Shown: piece after piece, positions 11,582 to 23,082 of the stretch
How the letters are laid out: each line of letters opens with the position of its first letter
Numbering within the stretch: position 1 is the stretch's first letter
Source: Escherichia phage JoYop
Sequence record: OR769032.1
Direction: 5' to 3' (one strand)
Length of the DNA: 64,000 nucleotides
Made by a program: the position numbers and the translations under genes
Notes under the pieces: model-generated
What the model saw: the letters and a program-made list of their open reading frames with translations, nothing else
The model's database searches: none
Told to the model about the DNA's origin: nothing

Positions 11582-12760
11582 TTAAAAATATTTTTTAAAA
11601 CTCATCATAACTTTATCATCAACATCATTATCAATCTGTGCTACAAGGTAAGATGACAGTTCTACTTCTTGTGGTGCAGATTGAACATTATCAGAATTAA
11701 GATATTCACGAATCCAAGGATATGGATGTTTAACCGGAGCATCGGTAATTGGGCATGGAAGACCACACTGTTTCATACGAGATACAGTTAAGTAATCAAT
11801 AAAGCTCCACATGCTATTTGTATTTAATCCAGGAACGTCTCCATCTTTAAATAAATGAACTGCCCAGTCTTTTTCTTGGCGGTTAACTTCCATGAAAATA
11901 TCAACCGCTTCTTGTTCGCATTCTTTAGCAATTTTAACCCATTCATCACCGTCTGTTCCAAGTTGAAGTTGACGAATAATATATTGAGTGCCCTTAAGGT
12001 GTAGTTGTTCATCGCGAGCAATGAACTTCATAATCTTGGCATTACCTTCCATGATTTCCATATTCTTGTGAAAGTTAAAGGTGCATGCGAAAGATACGTA
12101 AAAACGAATAGCTTCTAAGGCATTAATAACGTGCAAACAGAGGTAAAGAGATTTCATTAGCTCACGCTTCCAATATGTCTCATGCTCAATAGCATCTTCA
12201 ATAACGTCTTCGTCTGCATTAATTTCTTTTTGGTATTCGATATCAGCTTTAGCGTTTTCCCAATAACGAGTTTTAACCAGAACATCATCATAATAGCGAC
12301 CGATAGATTCAGCACGTTTCATAATAGCTTCATCTAATACAATCTCATCAAACACCTTCGATGGATCAGTATAAAGATTTCGCATGATATGAGTATATGA
12401 ACGACTGTGAATAGTTTCACTAAAAGTCCATGTAGCAACCCATGTATCAAGGCTTGGGTCTGAAATTAATGACATAAGTACAGCAGATGGTGCACGACCC
12501 TGAATGCTATCTAGAAGTGATTGATACTTCAGGTTATTAGTAAAAATATTTTGCTGATACTGAGGAAGTTTATTAAATTGTGCAGCATCCATCATTAAGT
12601 TTACTTCTTCAGGCCGCCAGAAAAATGACAATTGCTTTTCGGTCAAATCTTCAAAAACTTTATGGCGTTGAATATCATAACGCGCAATACCAAGACCTGA
12701 ACCAAAAAACATCGGTTCTTTTAAAACATCAACTGGATTTGTATTAAAAACTGTGCTCAT
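11582..12760 (-). CDS. nrdB: ribonucleotide reductase small subunit, uninterrupted
   Basis: 392 aa continuous ORF with di-iron ligand regions; no intron. Confidence 0.93.
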   Translation of the reverse strand: MSTVFNTNPVDVLKEPMFFGSGLGIARYDIQRHKVFEDLTEKQLSFFWRPEEVNLMMDAAQFNKLPQYQQNIFTNNLKYQSLLDSIQGRAPSAVLMSLISDPSLDTWVATWTFSETIHSRSYTHIMRNLYTDPSKVFDEIVLDEAIMKRAESIGRYYDDVLVKTRYWENAKADIEYQKEINADEDVIEDAIEHETYWKRELMKSLYLCLHVINALEAIRFYVSFACTFNFHKNMEIMEGNAKIMKFIARDEQLHLKGTQYIIRQLQLGTDGDEWVKIAKECEQEAVDIFMEVNRQEKDWAVHLFKDGDVPGLNTNSMWSFIDYLTVSRMKQCGLPCPITDAPVKHPYPWIREYLNSDNVQSAPQEVELSSYLVAQIDNDVDDKVMMSFKKYF

Positions 12761-13490
12761 AAATTTTCCTCTTTAAAATTCTGCCGTGTTTCCAACCTGG
12801 CGGTATAATATCATCTTTACCTATAAGCGTGCATTCACTTCCATTATTAATCCATTTCTTACCGCGGATTCCTTTATAATCTCTTGGTTTTATTTTGTCA
12901 AACTTTGCATCAAGTTGATATGACCATCTAAATCCATAAGCATATTGAAATTTACCCTCGGCACAATATTTGATATTTGACCCGTTTCCATTAACTGACC
13001 GGGACGCTGCCGCAATAGAGTGAAAGGTTTCTATGAAATCTCCATCTAATGAGAATTTATGTATTTCTACAGATGGGCACGCATATCTATTCACGTTAGA
13101 TACATGCTGTTTAGTTTCGTTTTTATGATGCTTACCTAGCATCCCTTTAGGATGAGGATTATTTTTCCAATATTTCTTAAAGAACTCAGAATTAGCTTTA
13201 GCAAATAATTTTCTGTGTAAGCTGTACAATCTGTTATTAATTCTATTGCCAGCTTTATCTGTTGCCATTAACGTTAACGCAGAGGCAAGACCAAAATGGC
13301 CTTCATTTATCTTACATAGTAATAGATGAGCTATAAAATGTTCTCTGGCTGTTAATTCAACTAAATTTTCCTTATCATCAGAACCTCCCATACATTTAGG
13401 GATTATATGATGTGTCTCTTTATATTCTAGTAAAGATTCCCGAGCCTGAGCTCGGGAAATTAGGTCGTTATAGATTTTTTGATAATTCAT
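12744..13490 (-). CDS. free-standing HNH homing endonuclease (mobE-like position)
   Basis: HNH motif THHIIPKCMGGSDDKENLVELTAREH; wedged between nrdA stop and nrdB start. Confidence 0.7.
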   Translation of the reverse strand: MNYQKIYNDLISRAQARESLLEYKETHHIIPKCMGGSDDKENLVELTAREHFIAHLLLCKINEGHFGLASALTLMATDKAGNRINNRLYSLHRKLFAKANSEFFKKYWKNNPHPKGMLGKHHKNETKQHVSNVNRYACPSVEIHKFSLDGDFIETFHSIAAASRSVNGNGSNIKYCAEGKFQYAYGFRWSYQLDAKFDKIKPRDYKGIRGKKWINNGSECTLIGKDDIIPPGWKHGRILKRKIYEHSF

Positions 13491-15754
13491 TACAATTTAC
13501 ACGCTGCGCAATCATCGGCTTTTGGAGTTTCTATTTCATAATCATCAGTACCAGAACCATCGCGGGTATTATGATAATAGAAATTTTTAATGCCATAATA
13601 CCATCCGTATAGCATGTCATCAATCATTATTGACATTGGAACCTTTCCTTTAGGGAAGATTTGGGGGTCATAATATGTATTCGCTGAAGCTGATTGACAC
13701 ACCCATTTCAGCATAATAGCTACCTGCGTAAGATACGGTTTATTACCTTTCTTAGCTAATTTCCATGTATAATCATAGAGGTCTATGTTATGTTCAATAT
13801 TGGGCACGACTTGATTAAAGGAACCCTCTTTTGACTCTTTAACAGAGACTGGTCCACGTGGAGGTTCGATACCGTTTGTACTGTTAGAAACTTGGGAAGA
13901 TGACTCACATGGCATAAGTGCTGATAATGTGCTATTACGGATGCCAAAGAGCTTAAGGTCTTCCCGCAGCGACGACCAGTCACAAACGTATTTTGGAGCT
14001 GCGATTTGGTCAATCTTTTTATTGTACCAGTCGATAGGTAATTCGCCTCGAGACCAACGAGTGTCTGAATAATATTCGCAAGGTCCTTTTTCTTTGGCGA
14101 GCTTAATGGATGCTTTAATGAGTCCATACTGTAATCTCTCAAATAGTTCATGCGTTAAATCGTTAGCATCTTCATAAGAAGCAAAGTTACTTGCTAGCCA
14201 AGCTGCATAGTTAGTAACACCTACGCCAAGATTACGACGCTTTTTAGCTTTTTCTGCTTCAGGAACTGGATATCCTTGGTAATCCAACAGATTATCAAGA
14301 GCACGAACTTGAACTTCTGCCAATTCATTAATTTTATCTTGGTCTTGCCAATCGAAGTTATCCAATACAAATGCAGATAAAGTGCATAATCCAATTTCAG
14401 CATCAGGACTATTCACATCATTTGTTGGAATAGCAATTTCACAGCACAAGTTACTCTGACGAATAGGTGCCTTTTCACGAATAAACGGCGTATAATTATT
14501 CGTGTTATCAATGAACTGTACATAAATCCTTGCTGTTCCTGAGCGTTCAGTCATGAGCAATTCAAATAGTTCACGTGCTTTAATACGCTTTTTACGAATA
14601 TTAGGGTCTTTTTCTGCTGCTTCGTATAATTCACGGAAACGGTCTTGGTCTTTAAAATAAGAATAATAAAGCTCGCCACCCATTTCATGTGGACTGAACA
14701 AAGTAATGTAATCGTTCTTTCCAAAACGTTCCATCATCAAATCATTCAGCTGAACACCATAATCCATATGACGGATACGGTTTTCTTCTACGCCTTTGTT
14801 ATTTTTTAAAACGAGAAGATTTTCAACTTCCAAATGCCAAATAGGATAATAAGCAGTAGCAGCGCCGCCACGAATTCCACCCTGTGAACACGATTTAACA
14901 GCAGTCTGAAAATGTTTCCAAAAAGGAATAACACCAGTATGTCGTACTTCGCCCATACCAATCTTAGAACCTTCGGCACGAATCATACCAACGTTAATAC
15001 CAATTCCAGCGCGTTTAGAAATATATTCAACAATTGAAGCAGAAGCCTTATTGATAGACTTCAATGAATCACCTGCCTCAATAACAACACATGAACTAAA
15101 CTGTCGAGTCGGAGTACGGCAACCAGCCATAATAGGAGTTGGCAGTGAAATCTGTCGAGTAGATACTGCTTCATAAAAACGAATAACATGTTTTAATCTA
15201 TCAACAGGTTCATCTTGATGCAATGCCATTCCGATAGTCATAAATGCAAACTGTGGAGTTTCATAAATTTGACCAGTGCTTTTATCTTTAACTAAATATT
15301 TTTCTTTTAATTGCATTGCACCGGAATAAGTAAATTCCATATCCCGCTCATGCTTAATTTTTGATTCTAAAAATGTAATTTCTTCTGCAGAATATTTTGA
15401 CAATAATTCAGGGTCATATTTCCCTTCATTTACACAATAAGAAATATGGTCAATAAATGAACGCGGTTCATACTGTCCATAAACATGCTTACGAAGAGCA
15501 AACATTAAACAGCGTGCAGCTACATATTGATAATCAGGCTCTTCGACTGAAATAGAATTCGCAGCGGCCTTAATGACGATAGTCTGAATATCATCAGTTG
15601 TCATTCCATCACGGAGATAAGATTTAATATTTTCATATAATTCATAAGGATCGACTGATGTTCCTTCAGCTGCCCAAGATAAAACTTTAATAATTTTTTG
15701 CGGGTCAAAGCTCTGAGAAACACCACTACTTTTGATAACATTAATTAATTGCAT
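13490..15754 (-). CDS. nrdA: ribonucleotide reductase large subunit
   Basis: 754 aa; class Ia RNR catalytic motifs (NLCCEI, C-terminal CxxC tail). Confidence 0.95.
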   Translation of the reverse strand: MQLINVIKSSGVSQSFDPQKIIKVLSWAAEGTSVDPYELYENIKSYLRDGMTTDDIQTIVIKAAANSISVEEPDYQYVAARCLMFALRKHVYGQYEPRSFIDHISYCVNEGKYDPELLSKYSAEEITFLESKIKHERDMEFTYSGAMQLKEKYLVKDKSTGQIYETPQFAFMTIGMALHQDEPVDRLKHVIRFYEAVSTRQISLPTPIMAGCRTPTRQFSSCVVIEAGDSLKSINKASASIVEYISKRAGIGINVGMIRAEGSKIGMGEVRHTGVIPFWKHFQTAVKSCSQGGIRGGAATAYYPIWHLEVENLLVLKNNKGVEENRIRHMDYGVQLNDLMMERFGKNDYITLFSPHEMGGELYYSYFKDQDRFRELYEAAEKDPNIRKKRIKARELFELLMTERSGTARIYVQFIDNTNNYTPFIREKAPIRQSNLCCEIAIPTNDVNSPDAEIGLCTLSAFVLDNFDWQDQDKINELAEVQVRALDNLLDYQGYPVPEAEKAKKRRNLGVGVTNYAAWLASNFASYEDANDLTHELFERLQYGLIKASIKLAKEKGPCEYYSDTRWSRGELPIDWYNKKIDQIAAPKYVCDWSSLREDLKLFGIRNSTLSALMPCESSSQVSNSTNGIEPPRGPVSVKESKEGSFNQVVPNIEHNIDLYDYTWKLAKKGNKPYLTQVAIMLKWVCQSASANTYYDPQIFPKGKVPMSIMIDDMLYGWYYGIKNFYYHNTRDGSGTDDYEIETPKADDCAACKL

Positions 15755-16071
15755 AAGTCCTCAACTTGAAAATCGTCTTTAAACAATCGGTTAACTATAT
15801 GAGCTATTATATCACCATGACACGGCTTCGGTTTACATGTGCATCCTAGCCTCATTCCACGTAAAGGCTCTAAATGTGCTTTAGTTATTTCTCCGGATTT
15901 AATTCGACGTATAAAATCTTTTTTGAATAATTCAATGGCAGCCTCCCGGCTGCCAGCATCTTTACCGACGTAATTTCCCCAAAATGTACCACGGTGAATA
16001 TTAACATCAAAGTCGGATTTATATTTATTCACTACCTGGCATAGACGGCCCGCGCGGTGATAATTCGTCAT
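15745..16071 (-). CDS. hypothetical protein, 108 aa (nrdA.1 position)
   Basis: ORF track; Cys/His cluster [11 protein letters not shown]. Confidence 0.5.
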   Translation of the reverse strand: MTNYHRAGRLCQVVNKYKSDFDVNIHRGTFWGNYVGKDAGSREAAIELFKKDFIRRIKSGEITKAHLEPLRGMRLGCTCKPKPCHGDIIAHIVNRLFKDDFQVEDLCN

Positions 16072-16288
16072 ATTGTTTTTCCGTTAAAACAGTAATATCA
16101 TAATAACAGTCAGAAGAAGTTTTAACTGTGGAAATTTTATTATCAAAATACTCACGAGTCATTTTATGAGTATAATATTTTTTGCCATAAATTATAATAG
16201 GCTGATTTGGTCCTGGAACTTCTAACTCGCTTGGGTTAGGAAGTGTAAAAAGAACTACACCAGAAGTATCTTTAAATCGTAAAATCAT
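16025..16288 (-). CDS. hypothetical protein, 87 aa (nrdA.2 position)
   Basis: ORF track. Confidence 0.45.
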   Translation of the reverse strand: MILRFKDTSGVVLFTLPNPSELEVPGPNQPIIIYGKKYYTHKMTREYFDNKISTVKTSSDCYYDITVLTEKQYDELSPRGPSMPGSE

Positions 16289-16311
16289 ATATCCTCACAA
16301 TTAAATTAAAA

Positions 16312-17172
16312 TTACACTGCCATTTTTCCTTTCAAGACACCATGGGACTGATAATCTTTGAGAACGAAATCTCGTGCTGTCATATATTCAGTTAACCAAT
16401 ACATTTGAGTTTCAGTATCGCATTGACTGAATCCATTAGGCCAATTGATACTGAGTTTACATAGGTCCATAGGGGTTCTATTTAATATCTCTTTGCATTG
16501 CACAATATGGTTAGAATAAATGTGTGTATTACCACCAGAGAATATCAAATCACCTGGAACTAGTTCACACATGTCAGCAACAATATGCAAAAGAGCAGCA
16601 TAGCTCGCGATGTTAAATGGAAGACCGAGGAAAACATCTACTGATCGTTGATACCATTGGAGGTCAAGGTATCCGTTACGAACATTAAACTGATAGAACA
16701 TATGACAAGGTGGTAATGCCATCTGCTTAAGTTCTGCCGGATTCCACGCAGAAACAATTTGGCGTCTATCATTAGGAAATGTTTTAATACGATCAATAAC
16801 TTCTACAATTTGGTCTACACCGCCAAAATCACGCCATTGTTTTCCATAAATTGGACCAAGCTCACCGCTATGATATCCTAAATCTTTTGCTTGTTTTTCG
16901 TAATTTTCATCCCAAATCGTTTTCCCTGCAATTAAAGACCCGTGAGTACGCTGACGCAGGTCATTTACGTTAGTACTTCCTGATAAGAACCACAATAACT
17001 CAGAAATACAAGCATTCCAGGCGAGCTTTTTGGTTGTTACCGCAGGAAAACCTTTAGTTAAATCCCAACGCAATTTAGTACCAAACAGAGCAATTGTTCC
17101 TGTGCCTGTTCGGTCATCGGTTTCATAGCCATTTTCAAGGATATTTTTAATTAAATCTTGGTATTGTTTCAT
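16312..17172 (-). CDS. td: thymidylate synthase, uninterrupted
   Basis: 286 aa continuous; TS active-site region ALPPCH present; AGGTG RBS. Confidence 0.95.
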   Translation of the reverse strand: MKQYQDLIKNILENGYETDDRTGTGTIALFGTKLRWDLTKGFPAVTTKKLAWNACISELLWFLSGSTNVNDLRQRTHGSLIAGKTIWDENYEKQAKDLGYHSGELGPIYGKQWRDFGGVDQIVEVIDRIKTFPNDRRQIVSAWNPAELKQMALPPCHMFYQFNVRNGYLDLQWYQRSVDVFLGLPFNIASYAALLHIVADMCELVPGDLIFSGGNTHIYSNHIVQCKEILNRTPMDLCKLSINWPNGFSQCDTETQMYWLTEYMTARDFVLKDYQSHGVLKGKMAV

Positions 17173-17185
17173 TTAGCACCTATAA

Positions 17186-18143
<958 letters not shown>

Positions 18144-18386
18144 TCAAAACCCCTTTTCAATAAACCATTCAGTGGCTTTATTAGCATCAAAGAATAACTC
18201 TTCATATGTCTTTTCTTTGTTTTCAAAAACTGTCACACAAACACGTTGACATTCTCCGCAGTATTCTTCTGACATACTCAAAGCGTCAGAAAACATTTCA
18301 TTAAATTCACTTAAATCAGGATTATGTAATGCGTTAAAAATTGCATAATCGAATTCGTCATTCATAAATTCAAAAACAAAAATCAT
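18144..18386 (-). CDS. hypothetical acidic protein, 80 aa
   Basis: ORF track, frd.x position. Confidence 0.45.
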   Translation of the reverse strand: MIFVFEFMNDEFDYAIFNALHNPDLSEFNEMFSDALSMSEEYCGECQRVCVTVFENKEKTYEELFFDANKATEWFIEKGF

Positions 18387-18397
18387 ATTATCTCCTA

Positions 18398-18730
18398 TTA
18401 AAAAGGATCAGGAACATATCCGCTAGCTTTAATCATTTTAATTAACGTTAGCATTCCTTTATTAACTGCTTGCGAAATTTCATCAAAAACTTCATCACTA
18501 AAAAGTTCTAACACGCCCTTTTGAACTTTTAATTTACAGCCAACAATTTCGTCATCGCCTATAGTAAATTCATTACCACCAATTCCACCGAAAAACTTAA
18601 TTACACCAGTTAACTGTCTTCCACGAGAATATGGGTCGTGCGATAAAGTAATATGAGTCACCCCGGGTACAGTTTTAAATTGGCAACGAATGTTTACTTG
18701 TGAAATTCCAGTTACATGAATGTCAGACAT
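18398..18730 (-). CDS. hypothetical protein, 110 aa
   Basis: ORF track. Confidence 0.45.
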   Translation of the reverse strand: MSDIHVTGISQVNIRCQFKTVPGVTHITLSHDPYSRGRQLTGVIKFFGGIGGNEFTIGDDEIVGCKLKVQKGVLELFSDEVFDEISQAVNKGMLTLIKMIKASGYVPDPF

Positions 18731-18740
18731 AATATTTTCC

Positions 18741-18983
18741 TCAAACAGACTTTTTCACAATTTTCCAATCAGCTTTAAACTGTTCAACGTCAGAATGGTA
18801 AATCCAGAATCCTGCGCTTTCTCCATCTTCATAAAGAGGACATCCATCACATTCATCTTCCCATCCCATATCACGCAAAAGACGTTCAGCTTTTTCAACA
18901 AGTTCAGAATCTTTACCGATGATATTAAAATACCATTTACCTTTAACTTCTGAATCTTTGATGCTCTGGCGTTGTAATTTCAT
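18741..18983 (-). CDS. hypothetical protein, 80 aa
   Basis: ORF track. Confidence 0.45.
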   Translation of the reverse strand: MKLQRQSIKDSEVKGKWYFNIIGKDSELVEKAERLLRDMGWEDECDGCPLYEDGESAGFWIYHSDVEQFKADWKIVKKSV

Positions 18984-19037
18984 TTTATTCTCCTTAGTTG
19001 ATAGGGTAATAGTATCACACTACTACCCTTCTGTAAA

Positions 19038-19418
19038 CTACTTTTTGAAAGTTTTTCGCAAAAGTTCAATGATTTCATCTACATTGTTTTCGTCAACAAT
19101 GCAGTGAATTTTTATTACGCCAGAAACCTTGTCTTCGACTTCATCTTCTTCAGAAGTCGGTTCTTTATACTCGTGGAAACAATGAAATTCGTCTTCGCAA
19201 ATTTCTAAAAGTCTATCTTTGAGATAAAAATGCTTTCCATTTGCGCATTCAATGTGTTTTACTGCTTTATATCCATTAGCGACGGAAACTTCTTTAACTT
19301 CAAACCATCCGCCATTATCTCGAATAGCTTTAACTATTGATGAATTAGAACGTGGACTATAATTAATAAATGTATCAATAAGTCTTGGAACAAGTTCATA
19401 CTTTCTACCAGTATACAT
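19038..19418 (-). CDS. hypothetical protein, 126 aa
   Basis: ORF track; hairpin and RBS upstream. Confidence 0.45.
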   Translation of the reverse strand: MYTGRKYELVPRLIDTFINYSPRSNSSIVKAIRDNGGWFEVKEVSVANGYKAVKHIECANGKHFYLKDRLLEICEDEFHCFHEYKEPTSEEDEVEDKVSGVIKIHCIVDENNVDEIIELLRKTFKK

Positions 19419-19461
19419 AATGTTTCCTCATTTTAATAGGGGCTTGATAGCCCCTTGATAA

Positions 19462-19689
19462 TTATTGTTCAATCAGTCCCATGTAAAATTCTACGTCTTC
19501 AGAATCCATACCATCACAATATTCATTAGCCATAAAGCGGGTGAGGTCTTCAAGAGGACCTTCAATAACGATTTGAATGCTCCAAAACTTAGAATCTTGT
19601 ACACTTGTGATACTAAGTTCAGGATAGCGATTACGAATAATTTCTTCAATATATTCAAAATCAACAATGTCAATATCAACTTTAGCCAT
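19462..19689 (-). CDS. hypothetical protein, ~75 aa
   Basis: Track ORF trimmed to ATG at 19689 (MAKVDIDIV...); upstream part of track ORF is the early promoter. Confidence 0.45.
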   Translation of the reverse strand: MAKVDIDIVDFEYIEEIIRNRYPELSITSVQDSKFWSIQIVIEGPLEDLTRFMANEYCDGMDSEDVEFYMGLIEQ

Positions 19690-19732
19690 ATTATTTTCCT
19701 CTTTAATCATCAGCAGTATTGCCGATAGTTGT

Positions 19733-19761
19733 ATAGTACCATGGAAGAACAGGGGTGTAAA
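19733..19761 (-). promoter_or_regulatory. early promoter (TTTACA-N17-TGG TACTAT)
   Basis: Member of conserved ...GTTTACA...TGGTACTATACAACTATC family. Confidence 0.65.
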
Positions 19762-19782
19762 CAGTTTTGTGAAAAAATTTTT

Positions 19783-19813
19783 GAAAATAAAAAAGGGGAC
19801 CTCTAAGGTCCCC
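19783..19813 (-). terminator. intrinsic terminator downstream of gene 32
   Basis: Minus strand GGGGACC-UUAGA-GGUCCCC followed by UUUUUUAUUUUC. Confidence 0.7.
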
Positions 19814-19835
19814 AATTAATTAGTAATATAATCTA

Positions 19836-20744
19836 TTAAAGGTCATTCAAAAGGTCATCCAGGTCCGTGTCATCAGCACTAGATGAACTGCCAGAGCTTG
19901 AGCTCATAAAATCATCTTCAGTTTTTGTTTTGAAGTCATCAACATTGAATGCATCCAAATCATCAGCAACTTTATCAGCTTTCTTAGCGGCAGTTGCTGC
20001 GGCACCGCCCATAGCAGCAGTTCCCATAACTTGACTGAACTTAGTGCTCAGTTCTTCAAACGATTTGAATTTATCTTTAGAAGTCATTTCAGAAAGGTCA
20101 ACCATCTGTTCAAACAGTTCTTTCTGGAAAGATTCATCATCAATGTTTGGAATCGCAGATTGATTCAGGAATTTAGATTCGTCGTAGTTACTAAAACCAG
20201 AAACTTGTTTAACTTTCAGTACAAAGTTAGCACCTTCCCACGGACAAGTTACATCAACCGGAGTTTCACCCATTTCAACATCAACTGCAATCATTGCATT
20301 GATTTTATCCCAGATTTTCTTACCGAAACGGTATTTAAATACTTTACCTTCATTTTCTGGAGCAGCTGGGTCTTTTACAACAAGAATGTTAGCCCAGTAA
20401 GAAGTTTTACGTTTAACAAGACCGTACTCTTTATTATCAGTGTTGTACAAATCATTTTTACTGATGTACTGACATACTGGACAAGAATCGTAATCACCGT
20501 GGGTAGATGAACAGTTTTCAATATACCATTTACCATTTTTCTTGAAACCGTGATTTACAAGAATTGCGAATGGTGCCTGTTCATCATTTTTAGACGGAAG
20601 AAAACGAATTACTGCTTGACCGTTACCCGCATTGTCGAGTTTCAGTTTCCACTCGCCTTTATCTTCAGAAGAAAAACCACCTTTATTTCCAGCCAGTTTA
20701 GCCATTTGCGCAGCGAGTTCAGCAGTAGATTTACGTTTAAACAT
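19836..20744 (-). CDS. 32: single-stranded DNA-binding protein gp32
   Basis: 301-302 aa, near-identical to T4 gp32 as recalled, including acidic Ser-rich C-terminal tail. Confidence 0.97.
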   Translation of the reverse strand: MFKRKSTAELAAQMAKLAGNKGGFSSEDKGEWKLKLDNAGNGQAVIRFLPSKNDEQAPFAILVNHGFKKNGKWYIENCSSTHGDYDSCPVCQYISKNDLYNTDNKEYGLVKRKTSYWANILVVKDPAAPENEGKVFKYRFGKKIWDKINAMIAVDVEMGETPVDVTCPWEGANFVLKVKQVSGFSNYDESKFLNQSAIPNIDDESFQKELFEQMVDLSEMTSKDKFKSFEELSTKFSQVMGTAAMGGAAATAAKKADKVADDLDAFNVDDFKTKTEDDFMSSSSGSSSSADDTDLDDLLNDL

Positions 20745-20843
20745 TTTTATTTCCTTTTTAATTTAATTGACAGTTGGTGCTATGACGATGTATGACCTCA
20801 TAGCTGGTCAGTGAGATAATTATAATCTATTTATAATAAGCAA

Positions 20844-21497
20844 TTAGTACTTGCAAGATTTCACAGTTTCAATAAAAACACTTTTAGCTTTCTGTGAATC
20901 AATATTTAAAATTTTTCTATAAGCCTTTAACTTTATAGAATAATTATTCCAGACTAAATTATCAGTCTGTTCATCATGTTTATCAATTATATTTAAAAAC
21001 GAATCAAGCAAGATAAATGTCTCAAACGAAATTATATTCGATTGCAGAAGTTTAAAAATATAACTTGACTGAACTTTTGGATTATACTCAAAAATTTCTT
21101 TAAAAGCAGAAACTTCAACTTTTTTACTAAAATAATAAATGTTGCGAATATCTTCTTCAAACTTAAATTTAATTTGCTTTAAGCGTCCGATATATTCACG
21201 ATAAAACACAAGTGCATCAGCGTCAGAGATGTCACCAATCCAAGCATCTTGGTTAGCAACCAAATTGCTTATAAAGATTAAAGCAAGTTCCTTTAATTTA
21301 TATTTTTCTGATAACTTCTGGAAAAAATACTTATCCCTTCGCTTTTGATAAGCGGCATCAGACACCCGCATGCACCAATTATACTTAATTACATCATACT
21401 TTCCATTCATATGTTGTTTTATCATTAAGTATAATTTATAAACTGACTTACCATCAATGTATCTTTCACCACCAGCAGGCATGCGGAGTTTAATCAT
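20844..21497 (-). CDS. 59: helicase loader gp59
   Basis: 217 aa, MIKLRMPAGGERYIDGKSVYKLY... recognised as T4 gp59. Confidence 0.93.
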   Translation of the reverse strand: MIKLRMPAGGERYIDGKSVYKLYLMIKQHMNGKYDVIKYNWCMRVSDAAYQKRRDKYFFQKLSEKYKLKELALIFISNLVANQDAWIGDISDADALVFYREYIGRLKQIKFKFEEDIRNIYYFSKKVEVSAFKEIFEYNPKVQSSYIFKLLQSNIISFETFILLDSFLNIIDKHDEQTDNLVWNNYSIKLKAYRKILNIDSQKAKSVFIETVKSCKY

Positions 21498-21832
21498 AGT
21501 AGAAAATCTAATGTATTAGTTTTTTCACAACGAACAACAGAAGGACGTAAAAGATTTTCGTCAATAGCTTCTGACTGAATTTTTTCAATTATACCCGAAG
21601 GAATAAATTTAGCAAATTGAGTTTCAGGAATAGAATTTTCTTCCAAGAATGCTGTTGTAGCTTCAAGATAACTCATTCCAAACTCTTCTACCATTTTTTC
21701 AATAATAAATCCATTTTCTTGACGATCAAGAAGCTTTGCTATTTCATCCTTTTCTTTCTTAATTGAAAGTTCTTTTTCTGAAAGACCGGTCTCATCGACC
21801 GGACGAATATCATTTAGAGAAAACTGTGTCAT
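21494..21832 (-). CDS. 33: late transcription co-activator gp33
   Basis: 112 aa from ATG at 21832 (MTQFSLNDIRPV...); track ORF has 3 extra codons. Confidence 0.9.
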   Translation of the reverse strand: MTQFSLNDIRPVDETGLSEKELSIKKEKDEIAKLLDRQENGFIIEKMVEEFGMSYLEATTAFLEENSIPETQFAKFIPSGIIEKIQSEAIDENLLRPSVVRCEKTNTLDFLL

Positions 21833-22079
21833 AAAGTTCAACTACCTCTTCAGTTTCAGCTTCAAACACATCACGATTATCTTTATGATACAAAGCTAAT
21901 AGACGATTAAACATCTTACCATCAACACCAAGTTCATCTTTGGCACGAATTCGAATATCTTTAATCAATTCATTATAACCAGAAATTTTCAGTTTATGAT
22001 CAGATGCTTCTTTAATAAATTTAGCCAAGTCTTCGCCATGGATAGCTTCATCAAATTCAACCATTTCTTTTTTAGCCAT
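21810..22079 (-). CDS. dsbA: double-stranded DNA-binding protein DsbA
   Basis: 89 aa, MAKKEMVEFDEAIHGEDLAKFIK... recognised as T4 DsbA. Confidence 0.9.
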   Translation of the reverse strand: MAKKEMVEFDEAIHGEDLAKFIKEASDHKLKISGYNELIKDIRIRAKDELGVDGKMFNRLLALYHKDNRDVFEAETEEVVELYDTVFSK

Positions 22080-22087
22080 TATTCACC

Positions 22088-23082
22088 TCAAAATTCATTA
22101 ATGCTATTAGTTAATTTAGAAAGACCCGCTTTTACAAAATATGAATAAATTTTGCCACGCGGTGGTAATTTATATGAATTATAGTAATTCACAATGTTTG
22201 AAGCAATATTATCAGGAATATAATCAAAATCAATTAGAACTAGATTTTCTTTATAACGATTATATTCAGATTCTGTGAGAAGCACCTTAGCTTGTTCACG
22301 GTCATTAGCAATAGCTTCAACGATTGAAGTTTTCATTGAAGGGGTTCGTTCACCTTCAACTCTTGTAAACCAAAAGTCAGATCGTACTTTAACTGAAGCA
22401 ACGTTATCCTTTTTGTCACCTTTAAGGATTTTAGTCATACAGTCAATTTCAGCAGAACCGCTTTTAATTTTAACCCATTTCTTGTGCATCGGTGACCATT
22501 GCTTAACATTTGGGTATTTATGAAGTTGAGTAAAGTCACCATCAGATGAAATGATTAAAATCTTATGTCCTTCTAAAGAGAACTTTTTAACCAAAACAGC
22601 AATATGGTCATCTGCTTCATACTTATCAATATCCATAACGATGTATGGCATATAAGCTTTCAATTCATCTATAACTTTATGGCTGGATTCAAAATAACCT
22701 TCCCAGTCCCAAGTAGGATGTATGGCATATAAGCTTTCAATTCATCTATAACTTTATGGCTGGATTCAAAATAACCTTCCCAGTCCCAAGTAGATTCTTC
22801 TCGTGCTTTTCCGCGGTTTTTCTTGTAATAATAGGCGAAATCACGACGCCAATATCCCGATTTCGCGTTATCGATACACAGTACGATTTTAGTGTATCCA
22901 AGAGTTTTTGCTTTTTTGACATTAAACTTAATTGAGTTCAATATCAAATGACGAACCATTGATAAATTAATTTTTTCTTTATCTGGGAAGTTTACTAAAG
23001 CAGTTGAAAGTGCGATTTGACTAAAGTCAATTAAGCAGATTCCTTCTTTGTAATCTTCATCCAGCATCATTTCTAAATCCAT
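22088..23082 (-). pseudogene. rnh: RNase H (rnh) disrupted by a 77-bp tandem duplication; two ORF fragments
   Basis: Track ORFs 22669..23097 (N-terminal part ending ...AYMPYILLGTGKVILNPAIKL*) and 22088..22663 (TTG start, ...AYMPYIVMDIDK...) together equal T4 RNase H; removing one 77-bp copy restores a 305-codon ORF. Confidence 0.85.
22640..22793. repeat. perfect 77-bp direct tandem duplication (2 copies) inside rnh
   Basis: 22640..22716 and 22717..22793 are identical base for base. Confidence 0.95.

Noticed and set aside
12744-13490. HNH endonuclease as intron-encoded
   Set aside because: Flanking nrdA and nrdB are continuous ORFs with no intron-like gaps; the endonuclease is free-standing.
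20031-20510. 159-aa plus-strand ORF inside gene 32
   Set aside because: Antisense to gene 32, Phe/Asn-rich translation of AT-rich antisense codons, no RBS.
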